From Octopus sinensis (taxonomy: Eukaryota), in assembly GCF_006345805.1 (NCBI RefSeq), contig NC_042997.1, positions 136,028,001 to 136,092,000 on the forward strand: a stretch of 64,000 nt of DNA, in the 5' to 3' direction. A program made the position numbers and the translations under genes. The notes beneath the pieces are model-generated. The model was not told the origin of the DNA. It saw nothing but the letters and a program-made list of their open reading frames with translations, and searched no databases. Shown here in pieces: positions 25,251 through 36,907 of this stretch (within the stretch, counting starts at the first letter, position 1; the number at the start of each line of letters is the position of its first letter).

Positions 25251-26180
25251 ATCTCTCTTATGTGTATATACATACATACATACACAGATATATGTACGCT
25301 CATATATATATATATATATATATATATTGCTATATTCCTGTAACTTTCCGATATTTGTATGCAGAAGAAAATATTTCAAGAAAATGGACAGTCAACATTC
25401 TAAGGAACTATTTCATGTCACGGTAGAAAATTCAAGAATAGTTTGTATATATGCTACTTCATTCACGACGACTATAATATAGATCTTATCTGTTCTGTTC
25501 TCTGACAATATACATGGATTAAATTTCAACGTAACAAGTCAACGAATACATATAACTAGCATTCCCACACTGACACCTGCCATAGAATTGGGAAAGTAAA
25601 TTTCATTGTGTAGTAGATACGCTGCTGTAGCCAAAGAATTGTGAAAACTTAATTGCTTCGCATTTCCTATTATTTAGCTTTCTGGTTTGTTTGCAAGCTT
25701 TGTGGCGACAGTTGAGCTGTCTTTTCTCTTTTCCAAAACAGACTACTTATGTTCCCCGACTTGTTCTACGGCTACACGATTTAGTTTGTAAACTTGCTAA
25801 GCAAAACGCTAGTATGTTATATATGTAGTGTATTACACTCTTTATTACAATCGATTCAATTAATATTGTAGGTTTTACGGTGTCCAGAATAAATGTATGA
25901 GCACGATTAGTTCGCTGTTTTGAGGTATTTTCGTTCGCGTAATGGTATTTGATTGGTGAGAGACAATGCGAAAGAATTTCTCAAGAACATTTCTCAACGG
26001 GGAAGTTAAGTGCCATTAGATTTAATGTCAGAGAGAGACAGAATCGGGTATGGGGGAAGATGCTTATCGAGCACTAATCTACCGCTGATATTATAAATCA
26101 GTAGCCACGTGTATGAATAAAACGTGTATATCTTGTATATCTTAAAATATGTTAAATACTGTATCCGTGTGTCAAACTAT

Positions 26181-26584
26181 ACTCTTTTACTCTTTTACTT
26201 GTTTTAGTCATTTGACTGCGGCCATGCTGGAGCACCGCTTCCAGTCGAGCAAATCGAGCCCAGAACTTATTCTTTGTAAGCCTAGTACTTATTTTATCGG
26301 TCTCTTTTGCCGAACCGCTAAGTAAACATACCAGCATCGGTTGTCAAGCGATGTTGGGGAAACAAACACAGACACACAAACATATGCACACATATACATA
26401 TATATATATATACATATATACAACGGGCTTCTTTCAGTTTCCGTCTACCAAGTCCACTCACAAGGCTTTGGTCGGCCCGAGACTATAGTAGAAGACACTT
26501 GCCCAAGGTGTCACGCAGTGGACTGAACCCAGAACCATGTGGTTGTTAAGCAAGCTACTTACCACACAGCCACTCCTACGCCTA
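26181..26584 (-). mobile_element. tRNA-derived SINE family B with a central microsatellite
   Basis: The reverse complement has A-box-like TGGCTGTGTGGT, B-box-like GGTTCAGTCC, a central (TA)/(TG) tract and the tail CAGTCAAATGACTAAAACAAGTAAAAGAGT. Confidence 0.85.
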
Positions 26585-27656
26585 TACAAAATAATAACAA
26601 ACTGTCTGCAGTTCTTTTTGTAGTTTGGACGACGGAAAAATACAAATCTAAGAGATTTTACTCCACACAATGTCCAAATTCGAACTTATTAAATATCACT
26701 TGATATTACATTAAGGATTAAATATATGAAAAATACAATGAATTCTGGAAATTTTATACCTGAAATGGAATACGTCTGGAATCAATATCAAATGGGAATG
26801 TACGTTTGAATCCTGCAGTTGTGTGTAAAAAAAAAAACGAAACAAGAAAGCCTTTTAGTGATAGTGAAATAAAAAGCAGTTGAAGAAGACTGTAATAGAA
26901 AAACATCGGAATGGTAATTCAGTATCTTGAGTTTAAATTGTTTCAGAACGAGTTTGCCTTCAATTTCTTTCGAAGCAGACCAAATTATTTGTGACACTGA
27001 GAATATACGAATTGAAAGCGATTTATTTCTTACTCCAAATGAGTGATTTTCTTCTTGCCAACTTGAATTTCTAAATGTGAACAGATCAAATGAACATTTG
27101 ATTAAGTCTAGCCGTCATATATATAACTCTGTGTGTGTGTGTGTGTGTGTGTGTGGAATGCCTTTTTCTTTTTCTATTTTGTCCACTCACATTTTCTGAA
27201 AATGTTATTTTTCCTAAATAAAGTTCACTTCATATCCAAGGCTCCGGGGAAGCTATAGGATGTTACCCAAGGACTCTACTAAAAGTACACCACATCTTAT
27301 AGCAGAACCAGTTGTAAGTTAATAAAGTTCATTATATCTCTTCACTGTCTTCGATGAAGAGATATAATAAATACCCTGGAAGCAGCTGTAAGACCTTCTA
27401 GTTATAAATGTTCTAAAATCTTCACAGCCTTGGTATATCTATATATACATATATATTTATACACACATAAATAACAATGGTGCCCTAGCATGACCGCAGC
27501 TTTGAAGCTGAAGAAATTTAAAGAATGAAAGAATATATATATATGTGTGTGTGTGTGTATTATATAAATAAGGATAAGATCGATATTTGAATATCAAACT
27601 TATCAAGTGGCCAGCATGGGAATAAACACCTTCCAAGGTAATAATTATTATTAAAT

Positions 27657-27818
27657 TTATAATTTAGGGTATCTAAGCGATACCACCACTCTTCAAATAG
27701 CAGCCAAAACTTGACTCTAAAACCACATTAAAAGTATGAACTTTTAATGTTGTTTTAGAGTCAAGTTTTGGCTGCTATTTTAAGCGTGGTGGTATCGCTT
27801 AGATACCCTAAATTATAA
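27657..27818. repeat. Long hairpin, 79-bp arms with 3 mismatches and a 4-nt loop
   Basis: 27657-27735 compared with the reverse complement of 27740-27818. The loop is ATGA. Confidence 0.92.
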
Positions 27819-27828
27819 TCTCTCTCTT

Positions 27829-27931
<103 letters not shown>

Positions 27932-27947
27932 TACATATATATATATA

Positions 27948-29239
27948 CGAGGGACGTTCAATAAGTAATGCCCCTGACCCACTTGCATTTGTTTGACCTA
28001 GCTGAAAGTTTGCATGTGCAATTATGTATATCTCTATAGATTAAGTGGCAAATTACAGCTCTGAACTAATTGTGTTTTCTGATTTACAGGTGTTTGAACT
28101 GAGTCAAGTGTGAAATGGAGCCTGTTGAGTGTCGAGCAGTGATCCGGTTTTTGTATTTGAAAGGACGCACACCACGGGAGACTTTTGATGAAATGAAAGT
28201 AACTTATGGTGATGATGCCCCATCATATGACCTTGTAAAACGCTGGCATCGTGAATTCAAACATGGTCGGAACTCTGTGGAAACAGCTCCCAGATCTGGT
28301 CGCCCCCCATCTGGCATTGATGAGGCATCTGTCCGTCAAGTTGAGGCTGCCATTTTGGAAGATCGACGCATAACTATTCGCCAAATAGTCCATCAGGTCA
28401 AGACTAGTACCGTATCTGTGGAAACTATCATTCATGACCATTTGCATATGCAAAAAGTGTCTGCCAGATGGATTCCCAGGTTGCTCACACCTTTCCAAAA
28501 GCAAGAACGCGTCGAGTCCTCGAGGATGAATGTGGAGATGTGCCAAGAAGATGAGGCAAAATTTTTCAAAAGACTGATTACACAGGTGGAAACCTGGGTC
28601 CATCACTATGATCCAGAGACCAAAGCCCAGTCAATGCAGTGGAAGCACCGTGACTCACCTCCTCCAAAGCAGGCAAGGGTGCAGCCCTCCGCTGGCAAGG
28701 TCATGCTCACAGTCTTCTGGGATCAGAACGGAGTAGTGATGACAGATTTCCTGGCAAAGGGTACCACAATTACTGGAGCCTATTATGCTTCACTTCGAGG
28801 AAATTAAGAGAGGTTATCAAAATCAAGAGGCGGGGCAAGATCAGCAAAGGCATCCTCCTCCTGCAGGACAACGCTCCGGCCCACAACTCGCTTGTCGCCA
28901 GATCAGAAGCACAGGCGTGTGGCTATGAAATCCTCCCCCATTCCCCCTAATCTCCTGACCTTGCACCCTCTGATTTTCACCTCTTCCCAGCCATTAAGTT
29001 GTTTTTGAAAGGGAAGCGTTTCCCAGATGATGCAGCCTTGATTTCTGAAGTCACGTCGTGGTTGGAGGACCAAGCTGGGGTCTTCTACAAAAACGGTCTC
29101 CAGAGCTGCATCAAACAATGGGAGAAATGTGTAACTCTGGGTGCTTCCTACGTAGAAAAAGACTAATAAGCTTGCCAAGTTTTGTTGCTTTACTGCTATG
29201 GAAAGTGGGTCAGGGGCATTACTTATTGAACGCCCCTTG
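27948..29239 (+). mobile_element. Full-length mariner (D,D34D) DNA transposon, non-autonomous
   Basis: 37-bp TIRs at 27948-27984 and 29203-29239 (2 mismatches), TA on both sides, length 1292 bp, inserted in (TA)n. Confidence 0.95.
28115..29166 (+). pseudogene. Mariner transposase pseudogene (possibly irritans-like)
   Basis: HTH region, RSGRP and WIPRLL. The first catalytic Asp is changed (TQVETW). Frameshift near 28795. QDNA-x-SPDLAPSD shows D34D spacing, and the HPPYSPDL motif reads HSP*SPDL. Confidence 0.92.
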
Positions 29240-29305
29240 TATGTATATATGTATATATATGTACGTATTAGAATATATATAATACTTATATTTATACATG
29301 TTTAT

Positions 29306-29351
29306 ATAGATAGATAGACAGATAGACATGCAAGCAGACAGATAGACCAAC

Positions 29352-29403
<52 letters not shown>

Positions 29404-29440
29404 GGATAGATAGATAGATAGATAGATGAATGGATGGATG

Positions 29441-29523
<83 letters not shown>

Positions 29524-29630
29524 GGATGGATGGATGGATACACATACATACACACACACGCACACATACATACATACATACATACATACATACATACATA
29601 CATACATACATACATACATACATACATGCA
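29306..29630 (+). repeat. (TAGA)n/(TGGA)n followed by (TACA)n microsatellite
   Basis: Direct reading of the tandem tetranucleotides. Confidence 0.95.
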
Positions 29631-31360
29631 TAATACGTGCATGCATACATAACTGTCTCGCCTTCCGCGAGTGTGTGCGCGATTGTTTTAGATATCAACT
29701 GACTTGACAAACTTGATGTTGGCATATACAATCTGCATGAAATAAAATTTAATATAATTGTATAGACGATTACGCACCCAGATTACAGAAATTTAATGGC
29801 TGCTTGTCTTTTAAATTAATCTTATAATTGATGCACAACCAACTCTTTTGAAAATGTGAATAAGGTTACTAAAATTAGCAACGTTTTTACTTCAGTCATT
29901 TGAAATGCCTTTTAGTTACGCTGTCAATTACACATAGCAATGAACATCTTAATTCATTATTCATTAACTTTGTATTGTTTCATAAACAATAACACAAATA
30001 TGATAATAAAATTTGATTAATAAACGACAATTCAATCGTAAATGAAAATATTCGGTGAAGGTTATACATTTTCATACTTGATTATGTCTGTATTCAATGC
30101 ACTGCACATCGTTGAACTGTATATTCTTTTCCTCTCACCTAACGTATTTCAAATGTCTGTGCTTTTCCGAAAATATTGGTTCTACATTAGTATACTCATT
30201 CCGACTACCACCACTTCTTTTATCCAGTGACTAAACCTTGAACAAATCACTTTATTGAATTCTTCGTCAACAAAACTGGCATTTCTTCCGGTTCCTCCTC
30301 CGCTGTATCTCTCTATTATACATTCAGACACTGACCTTCAAGATTTCATTGTGATGATTAACTGTATTAGTATTATTCAACTTATGTAAATGTTTCTGCA
30401 ATCGCTAGGAGGACAGGTTTTCCTGTAAAAGCTTAATTACAAAAGAAATCTAGATTCCTTTTTTTATTATCACTTTCATTGTACACAGAATTTTATCTGA
30501 GAAGCAATTGAAAACAGCAGTCATCTCACGATCGGATTATACTTCATAAAAACAAAACGTTGCAGTCATTAAAATACGCTTTTCTTTTTTCATAAGTGAT
30601 ATTTTTTTTTAACACTGTAAAACGTCAATTATTCATACTGTAGATGTATTCAAATACAATTAATATTAATGGAGTTACATGACTTAATAGACGAGAAAAC
30701 TGTTTTTGAACTCTTTTATGTTGATACGCCACTTAGATATTGCCGAAGCTGACCGATACAGTATAGTAGCGAACTGCGTGTTATAGATTTTAATATTATT
30801 TCATTAACAGTGAAGAAATAAACATTGTTATTTTGTGGTTGAACCATCGTATAATGGTAGTATCACGGAATATCAGCTAAGTTTCGATGTGTGGTTACGT
30901 ATTTTATATATTTTATCTGAAATCATGCCTAAATCTACCATATTGTATCACTCTGATTTTGATAAAGCAGAAGTCATTAATGTATTGGATACATTCCATT
31001 GATGATAATCTTCCACAATATATGTGTGGCGTTGAGGTAATGTAAATTTTTATCACATGGGGTTCAGAATTGACTATATAGATATCTTTCAGTTATTGCT
31101 CTTTCGAAGCTATAAACTTATAAAACCTTACATCTTTTCAATTTCTGTCTCTGGAATGGTGACTAACAAATATCTTATGCTTGTTTGAAAAAGCTAATAT
31201 ATTCTAACATTTCCATTTAAGAATCAAACTTCGATTTCTACTTTGGTTTCCTAAGCCAGCCAATTTTAAGTTTTAGATGTTGCCATACAATATATTTGAC
31301 AATTAGCTGAGATCATTATACATCTTATCTTCAATACTTTCTTCTTATAAGACAGATAGT

Positions 31361-31560
31361 AGGCAGAAGTGTTAGCACGCAAGCCAATATGCTTAGCAGC
31401 ATTTCGACCGTCTTTACGTTCTGAGTTCAAATTCCGCCGAGGTCAGCTTTGACTTTCATCCCTCCGAGGTCGATAAAATAATTACTAGTTTGGTACTGGA
31501 GTCGATGTAATCGACTTACACTCTCCTCCGAAATTACTGGCCTGGTACCAAAATTTGAAA
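31361..31560 (+). mobile_element. SINE family A
   Basis: CGTCTTTACGTTCTGAGTTCAAATTCCGCCGAGG core and tail GGCCTGGTACCAAAATTTGAAA. Confidence 0.8.
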
Positions 31561-31585
31561 TCAATATTTAAGGATTGTAAGTCAG

Positions 31586-31795
31586 TGAGCCGCCAGAATC
31601 ATTAACATGCCGAACAGAATGCTTAGTGACACTTCATCCGTCTTTACGTTCTGAGTTCAAACTCCCTCGAGGTCGACTTTGCCTTTCATGATTTCAGTCG
31701 TGATAAAGAAATATATCAGTTGAATACTGGGACCGCTGTAATCGACTGAACTCTTCTCCTGAAATTGCTGGCCTTGTGCCAAATTTTGAAACCTA
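31586..31795 (+). mobile_element. SINE family A (tandem with the previous copy)
   Basis: Same core, with tail GGCCTTGTGCCAAATTTTGAAACC. Confidence 0.8.
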
Positions 31796-31899
31796 CATTT
31801 TCTTCGTATGCCAAAATAAAGCAAAAATCACTCAAATCTTAACACGAATATGTCACAAGGAAATCTGAAGAGTTAGTTTAACACAATATGATTGTACTT

Positions 31900-32800
31900 G
31901 TTATATATATATGGCAAATGAAAGACGGAAGATGAAATATACGAGAATTTATTATTAATCACGACAATTGTTTCGACACATCTAGCATTGATCCCTCACA
32001 GGTAAGACACTCAACAACTGATTCATGAGTATCCGGCGGTGTAGATGTATCTCATCGAGTGATAAATAGAAACAACTCGTTAAAATGGCAGTTCCGCAAT
32101 GTAACTTCTCATTTTGTAGAAAGAAAAACAGCCAGACACAGGAAATATCTTCATTTACATAGAAGATTCAAACTAAAATCACAGATGGAAAAAAGAGAAA
32201 CGAACACGCAATACAACGAGAAAAGTATTACAAATAATCGTAAACAGACATGGATGTATAAACGCCCTCGGGGAGCAGCATGGCGCACGTACACTTGCTC
32301 ATACAAGAAGCCGCGAAACTGTGAGCACACGCACACGTGAGGTTTGGTACTCTTACGATCGCAAAGCGAGTTATCTGTCTACTTGGTGTCTGTAAGAATG
32401 GAGAGGTTAAAAGTAAACTTAATTCATCCATACCTTAAAGTAAATTATGTTAACAGTTACTCAAAATTCATTCCTACTGCATTATGGGAAAATACATTTA
32501 TATGCATGTAGGCATCTCGAGAGTCTTTCAGAAATTCTATTAAGGATCTCAGTCCACAGAATAGGCAGGCATTCCTTGGAGCAGAGACGGCATATCCTGG
32601 AAATTAAATGAATCAGCCGTCTGCCCAATGTAAACATGCGGTCCATCCCTTGTGTGCACGATACATCTATATACGAGATTTATACTCATGCATAGATTCA
32701 TCAATGGACATTTTGATTTTTCTCTGCATGAGCATTTATCGAATTTATTTGTATATAAGGCAGTCACGACTTCATTTACCGACGTTGTTACCGTGTTAGC
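31900..32800 (-). mobile_element. Penelope-like element 3' portion (GIY-YIG remnant plus terminal region)
   Basis: ORF 32549-32767 reads CSCREKSKCPLMNLC..LVYRC..VYIGQT (CxCx5C linker plus GIY-YIG). A hammerhead-like motif lies downstream, near TA repeats. Confidence 0.75.
31958..32063 (-). ncRNA. Type I hammerhead ribozyme-like motif (variant core)
   Basis: Stem I ATCAC/GTGAT. Core TCGATGA (canonical CUGAUGA). 10-bp stem II GATACATCTA/TAGATGTGTC with a long loop. GAAA, palindromic stem III CAATTG, GUC cleavage triplet. Confidence 0.6.
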
Positions 32801-33488
32801 TGCATTTCTACTATCACAAGTATTTCTATCACAATTTGGCCATAATTAGAGTTTTTCATCGCGGTTTATACCCCCTTTGTTAGTAATGAGATGTGTATGT
32901 TGGCTAGATCCAGTAGGTGGGTTATTGAACCTCTGTCACATTTTGCTATTGTTTATGCGATGCATAAGCGGCTCTAAATTAGCAGAGTTAGCGTAGGATA
33001 ACTTCACGGTGTGCCGATTAAAGATAGTATGACGCCGATTAGATTTAAGAATACATTTGCCCAAATTCGTTTATTATCCAATATCTATCTATATGTGTGT
33101 GTGTATTACATATATGTGTGTGTGTGTATGTGTATTATCTTGGCGATACTGTATTGTCTCATAAATTGGTATAGATGCTGGTTGTCCACGACTGTTCAAT
33201 TACAGAGTACTCAAGCTTGAATAGATGCTGGTACTTATAAGCTTCTCTTGTTCGGGAGATCCTTGTTCCTATTCAGAACTGCAAATATTCCGTAGAGTAT
33301 ATAATTGAAAACAGAGAGGAGAAATTGCAGAGAGTTGAATGCATAATCCATACAGAGAAATGTGCAGTTGCTGCATCAAAAACAGATGTTGGTCATTGTT
33401 ATATATGGTGCAGAAAACATTTTTATAAAAAAGTTTTGGATGTGAATACATCTCCTCTCTCCTCTTTGTTTTCCCTTATAAATATATA

Positions 33489-33597
<109 letters not shown>

Positions 33598-33709
33598 CAT
33601 ATTTATATTTATATCATATACTTACATACATACATGTATACATACGTACATACATACATATATTTTTTTTTCCTCCGTCTTCCCTTCTCTGGATGTTTCC
33701 TTTTCCTAT

Positions 33710-33744
33710 GTTTCTGACGAAGAGCTCCGGTCGAAACGTTAAAC
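33710..33744 (+). ncRNA. Minimal type I hammerhead motif in a putative solo pLTR (about 33660-33840)
   Basis: GTTT-CTGACGA-AGAGCTCCGGTC-GAAA-CG-TT-AAAC. Canonical CUGANGA and GAAA cores, 4-bp stem I, and a minimal ACGU stem III as in PLE hammerheads. Confidence 0.65.
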
Positions 33745-33880
33745 CCTCCTTTTTCCCTTCCTTCCTGACGTCCAATAACACTATATTTGTTCCACGTCCT
33801 CGTGTTGTGTTTTCCCATTGTGTTTTCATGTTTGAATTCACTATATACATGCATACACACACACACATATATATATATAT

Positions 33881-34296
33881 AGGCGCAAACGTGGCTGTGT
33901 GGTAAGTAGCTTGCTTACCAACCACATGGTTCCGGGTTCAGTCTCATTGCGTGGTACATTGGGCGAGTGACCTCTACTATGGACCCAGGCCGACCAAAGC
34001 CTTGTGAGTGGATTTGGTAGACGGAAACTGAAAGAATCCCGTCGTATGTATGTATGTATGTATGTATGTATGTATGTATGTGCATATGCTTGTGTTTGTG
34101 TGTGTTTGTGTGTTTGTCTCCCCAACATCACTTGACAACCGATGCTTATGTCCCCGTAGCTTAGTGGTTCGGGAAAAGAAATAGATAGAATAAGTATTAA
34201 GCTTACAAAGAATAAGTCCTGGGATCGGTTTACTCGACTAAATGCGGTGCTCCAGTATGGTCGCAATCAAATGACTGAAGCAAGTAAAAGAGTAAA
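33881..34296 (+). mobile_element. tRNA-derived SINE family B
   Basis: GGCGC..GTGGCTGTGTGGTAAGTAGC head, GGGTTCAGTC B-box-like motif, central (TATG)n, tail AATGACTGAAGCAAGTAAAAGAGT. Confidence 0.88.
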
Positions 34297-34301
34297 CGAA
34301 C

Positions 34302-34348
<47 letters not shown>

Positions 34349-34463
34349 GAAAGGAAGAAATGGAGAGTTAATGTAGTTTTAAATAATTCATTTGTATGAT
34401 ATAATAACGTGGAAAGTTTTTTTAAAGCAATACTAATAAAATATAACTTATAAAGCTCTAATC

Positions 34464-34950
34464 GAAATAGCAGATGCCAAAATCCAAGATACGTGTTTCG
34501 AATCATGCCCATAGGTGATTAGTAATTCTAAGCATTTGAGTAGGGCCTAATGCTAAGAATTGGTCATCATTTTCAACTATATGGAGGTGGGGTGAAAAAT
34601 CTCATCAGGGCTGTATGAGCTTATACTACAATGGTTAGCATATTTCTTGAAAGGATGCAGACGAATTACTAATAAGTTTATGAAGTTAAAACATATGTAT
34701 ATATGTTAGAATATAATATATATGCTCTAACGTCTTAAACTTATTAGTAATTCGTCAGCATCTTTTCTAGAAATATATTAACCATTGTAATATAAGCTCA
34801 TAAATCCCTGAGGAGATTCTGCTCCATATAGATGAACATGACTTACCAATTTTTAGCATAATACTCTACTCAAATGCTTAGAATTAGTAATCTCCCAGAG
34901 GCATGAATCGAAACATAAATGTAGGTTTTTTTGGCATCTGCCATTTCTTT
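34464..34950. repeat. Imperfect foldback / MITE-like element, ~215-bp arms
   Basis: Arms of about 34464-34680 and 34736-34950 are reverse complements, with GAAAT(A/G)GCAGATGCCAAAA at both ends. Confidence 0.85.
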
Positions 34951-35189
34951 TAGAATTTTATATTTTATAAAATATTTGTATTGTTTTTATAAAAAAAAAC
35001 TTTCAATCTCATACAAATGAATTATTCTCCATTTTCTTCCTTTCATTATTAACAATATGTATTTCTATAATAATCTCTAACATATCGCCGAGACTTTCTC
35101 CTTATATGATAGTGATTAACTAGTGGAACTTCTGGATTATTTAATCCCTAATGACGACCTCTTTGAGCTCGTCCGAAATCACTAACTTA

Positions 35190-35365
35190 CAACCGGTGTT
35201 GGTGTGTTTACCTCTCCCGTATCTTATGGATTCCGCCAGAGCGACTGTAGAATCAACACCAAGCTTTACAAAATGAGTAGTGCGGGGCAATCTGTTGTAT
35301 TAAAATTTTCAAAAGTGGTAGCCCAGAATGGTCGCGCTCTAATGACGGAAACGAGTGAAATATAA
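35190..35365 (+). mobile_element. Degenerate 3' half of SINE family B
   Basis: ACAACCGGTGTTGGTGTGTTTAC...AATGACGGAAACGAGTGAAA resembles the family B tail. Confidence 0.5.
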
Positions 35366-35417
35366 AATGTAATACAGATATGTATATATATATATATATA
35401 TTATATATATATATATA

Positions 35418-35937
35418 TGCATTTAAACAAGATGATCAACATTTTTTATATTATTGAATGTTATGAATATTGAAATCATATTTGATATTATTGAATTATG
35501 CAAACATTGAATTTTTGAAACATGTTTTTCTACTATGTAATTTTAAATTTTTACCATTGATGAACAAAAAGTATCGTTGAATCAAGTTTGGCATGTATGT
35601 AAATAAATTTATTTAAAAACCTTTTCCTGCGTGGAAATACACCCCCTCTATTCTTATATATTTAAGAATAGAGGGGGTGTATTTCCACGCAGAAAAAGTT
35701 TTAGTAGAATTTGTTGCTGAAAATGCACCTGAATTGTTTTTAAATAAATTTATTTACATATATGCCTAACTTGATTCAACGATACTTTTTGTTTACCAAT
35801 GGTACAAATTTAAAACTACATAGTAGAAAAACATGTTTAAAAGATTCAATGATGGCATAATTCAATAATATCAAATATGATTTCAATATTCATTATATTC
35901 AATAATAAAAAATGTGGATCATCTTGTTGAAAATGCA
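35418..35937. repeat. Foldback with ~200-bp arms and a perfect 30-bp terminal stem
   Basis: Outer arms 35418-35620 and 35736-35937. Perfect stem 35627-35656 / 35663-35692. One-sided bulge of about 35 nt. Confidence 0.9.
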
Positions 35938-36239
35938 CAAATTTCAATAGTGTTAGAAGTGATCGATAAGAAATGTGGATCACCGACGGTTCGGTCATAC
36001 TGAGTTAAGAGGAAGTAAAATAAGGGAGAAATGAAGATAGTAAAAGAAAGAAGTTTTGTTACAGTTTCTCTGATCCTTGGACCGTCGGGTGCGGGGATTT
36101 TTGCTTGTAACGGCGTTTTTTAATCCAGTGTATTTATAATTTTTTCCTTGAACGGATCTGATTTTTGACTCATTAAAGTACTGTTGACGGTTTATTTTTC
36201 TAGTCGTCAAGTTTGTCGTTCTGCCTGGTTGAATTCCCT

Positions 36240-36440
36240 GTGGAAAGCGATTAGCCGTCCCTCGTGTGAGACACACAGACTCAGTAACTTTATTGACGTC
36301 CTCCTTAAACCTATTCTCCAATATATTCCAAGTTTTATATGGGATGATCTGGACTTGTTAAACCATCTTCCAAACAAAACCAGCAAGGACTCCCTTCTGG
36401 TTTCATTTGATGTAATAAACTTCTACACCTCTAGTCCTAA
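36240..36440 (+). mobile_element. Penelope/Neptune-type RT fragment
   Basis: PSCETHRLSNFIDVLLKPILQYIPSFIWDDLDLLNHLP...LLVSFDVINFYTS matches the PLE RT region around motif A. Confidence 0.7.
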
Positions 36441-36645
36441 AGCTTTAGTCTTATATTTATAAGACTGCCATATTAGTATGGCGATAACTATTAATTCCCA
36501 GTAACGCTGCCGTAATCTCCTTTAGAGAGACTTAGTAATTTTAATATTTCTATTATTGAAAACAAGTGGATGTATTCCACTGAAAATAGGTAAATAAAGC
36601 CTTCGAACTGGGACGATCAGTAGCGACACCTGCAAGTCTGACTAC

Positions 36646-36686
36646 GCTGCATTGATAAGGGGCAACAACCCTGAAACGTCTGTAGC
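36646..36686 (+). ncRNA. Degenerate minimal hammerhead motif within a 309-bp insert
   Basis: GCTGCA-TTGATAA-GGGGCAACAACCCT-GAAA-CG-TC-TGTAGC. 6-bp stem I, 4-bp stem II, ACGUC end. The core carries two substitutions. Confidence 0.5.
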
Positions 36687-36853
36687 TGTCTGACTGGCAG
36701 GATTAAGCGGCTGATCTCCCTTGTTCGAAGGTTTTTAATGGACGCAGGTTCGTGTGTCAAATAGCTAGCTTGAGGCGGTGGCCTCATGGAGCTAACCAGC
36801 GACAGCTTTAGTCTTATATTTATAAGACTGCCATATTAGTATGGCGATAACTA

Positions 36854-36890
<37 letters not shown>

Positions 36891-36907
36891 ATAAAACGGT
36901 AAGATAA

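Noticed and set aside
26480-26584. tRNA-like A/B boxes here and in other SINE heads
   Set aside because: They are SINE heads with no full cloverleaf or anticodon arm, so they are not called as tRNA genes.
30690-31030. Possible host exon (SCLNLPYC..YMCGVE followed by GTAATG)
   Set aside because: No clear splice acceptor, no recognisable domain, and a short frame.
32150-32175. In-frame TGA at a Cys-like position (LLCK*RYFL) of the minus-strand PLE, suggesting selenocysteine as in some Naiad PLEs
   Set aside because: The copy is heavily decayed with many stops, the 36.9 kb and 62.7 kb PLEs use normal Cys codons, and no SECIS was identified.
35108-35185. Hammerhead-like arrangement TAGTGAT..CTAATGA..GAAATCACTA
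   Set aside because: The core is mutated, and stems I and II do not sit in the required register.
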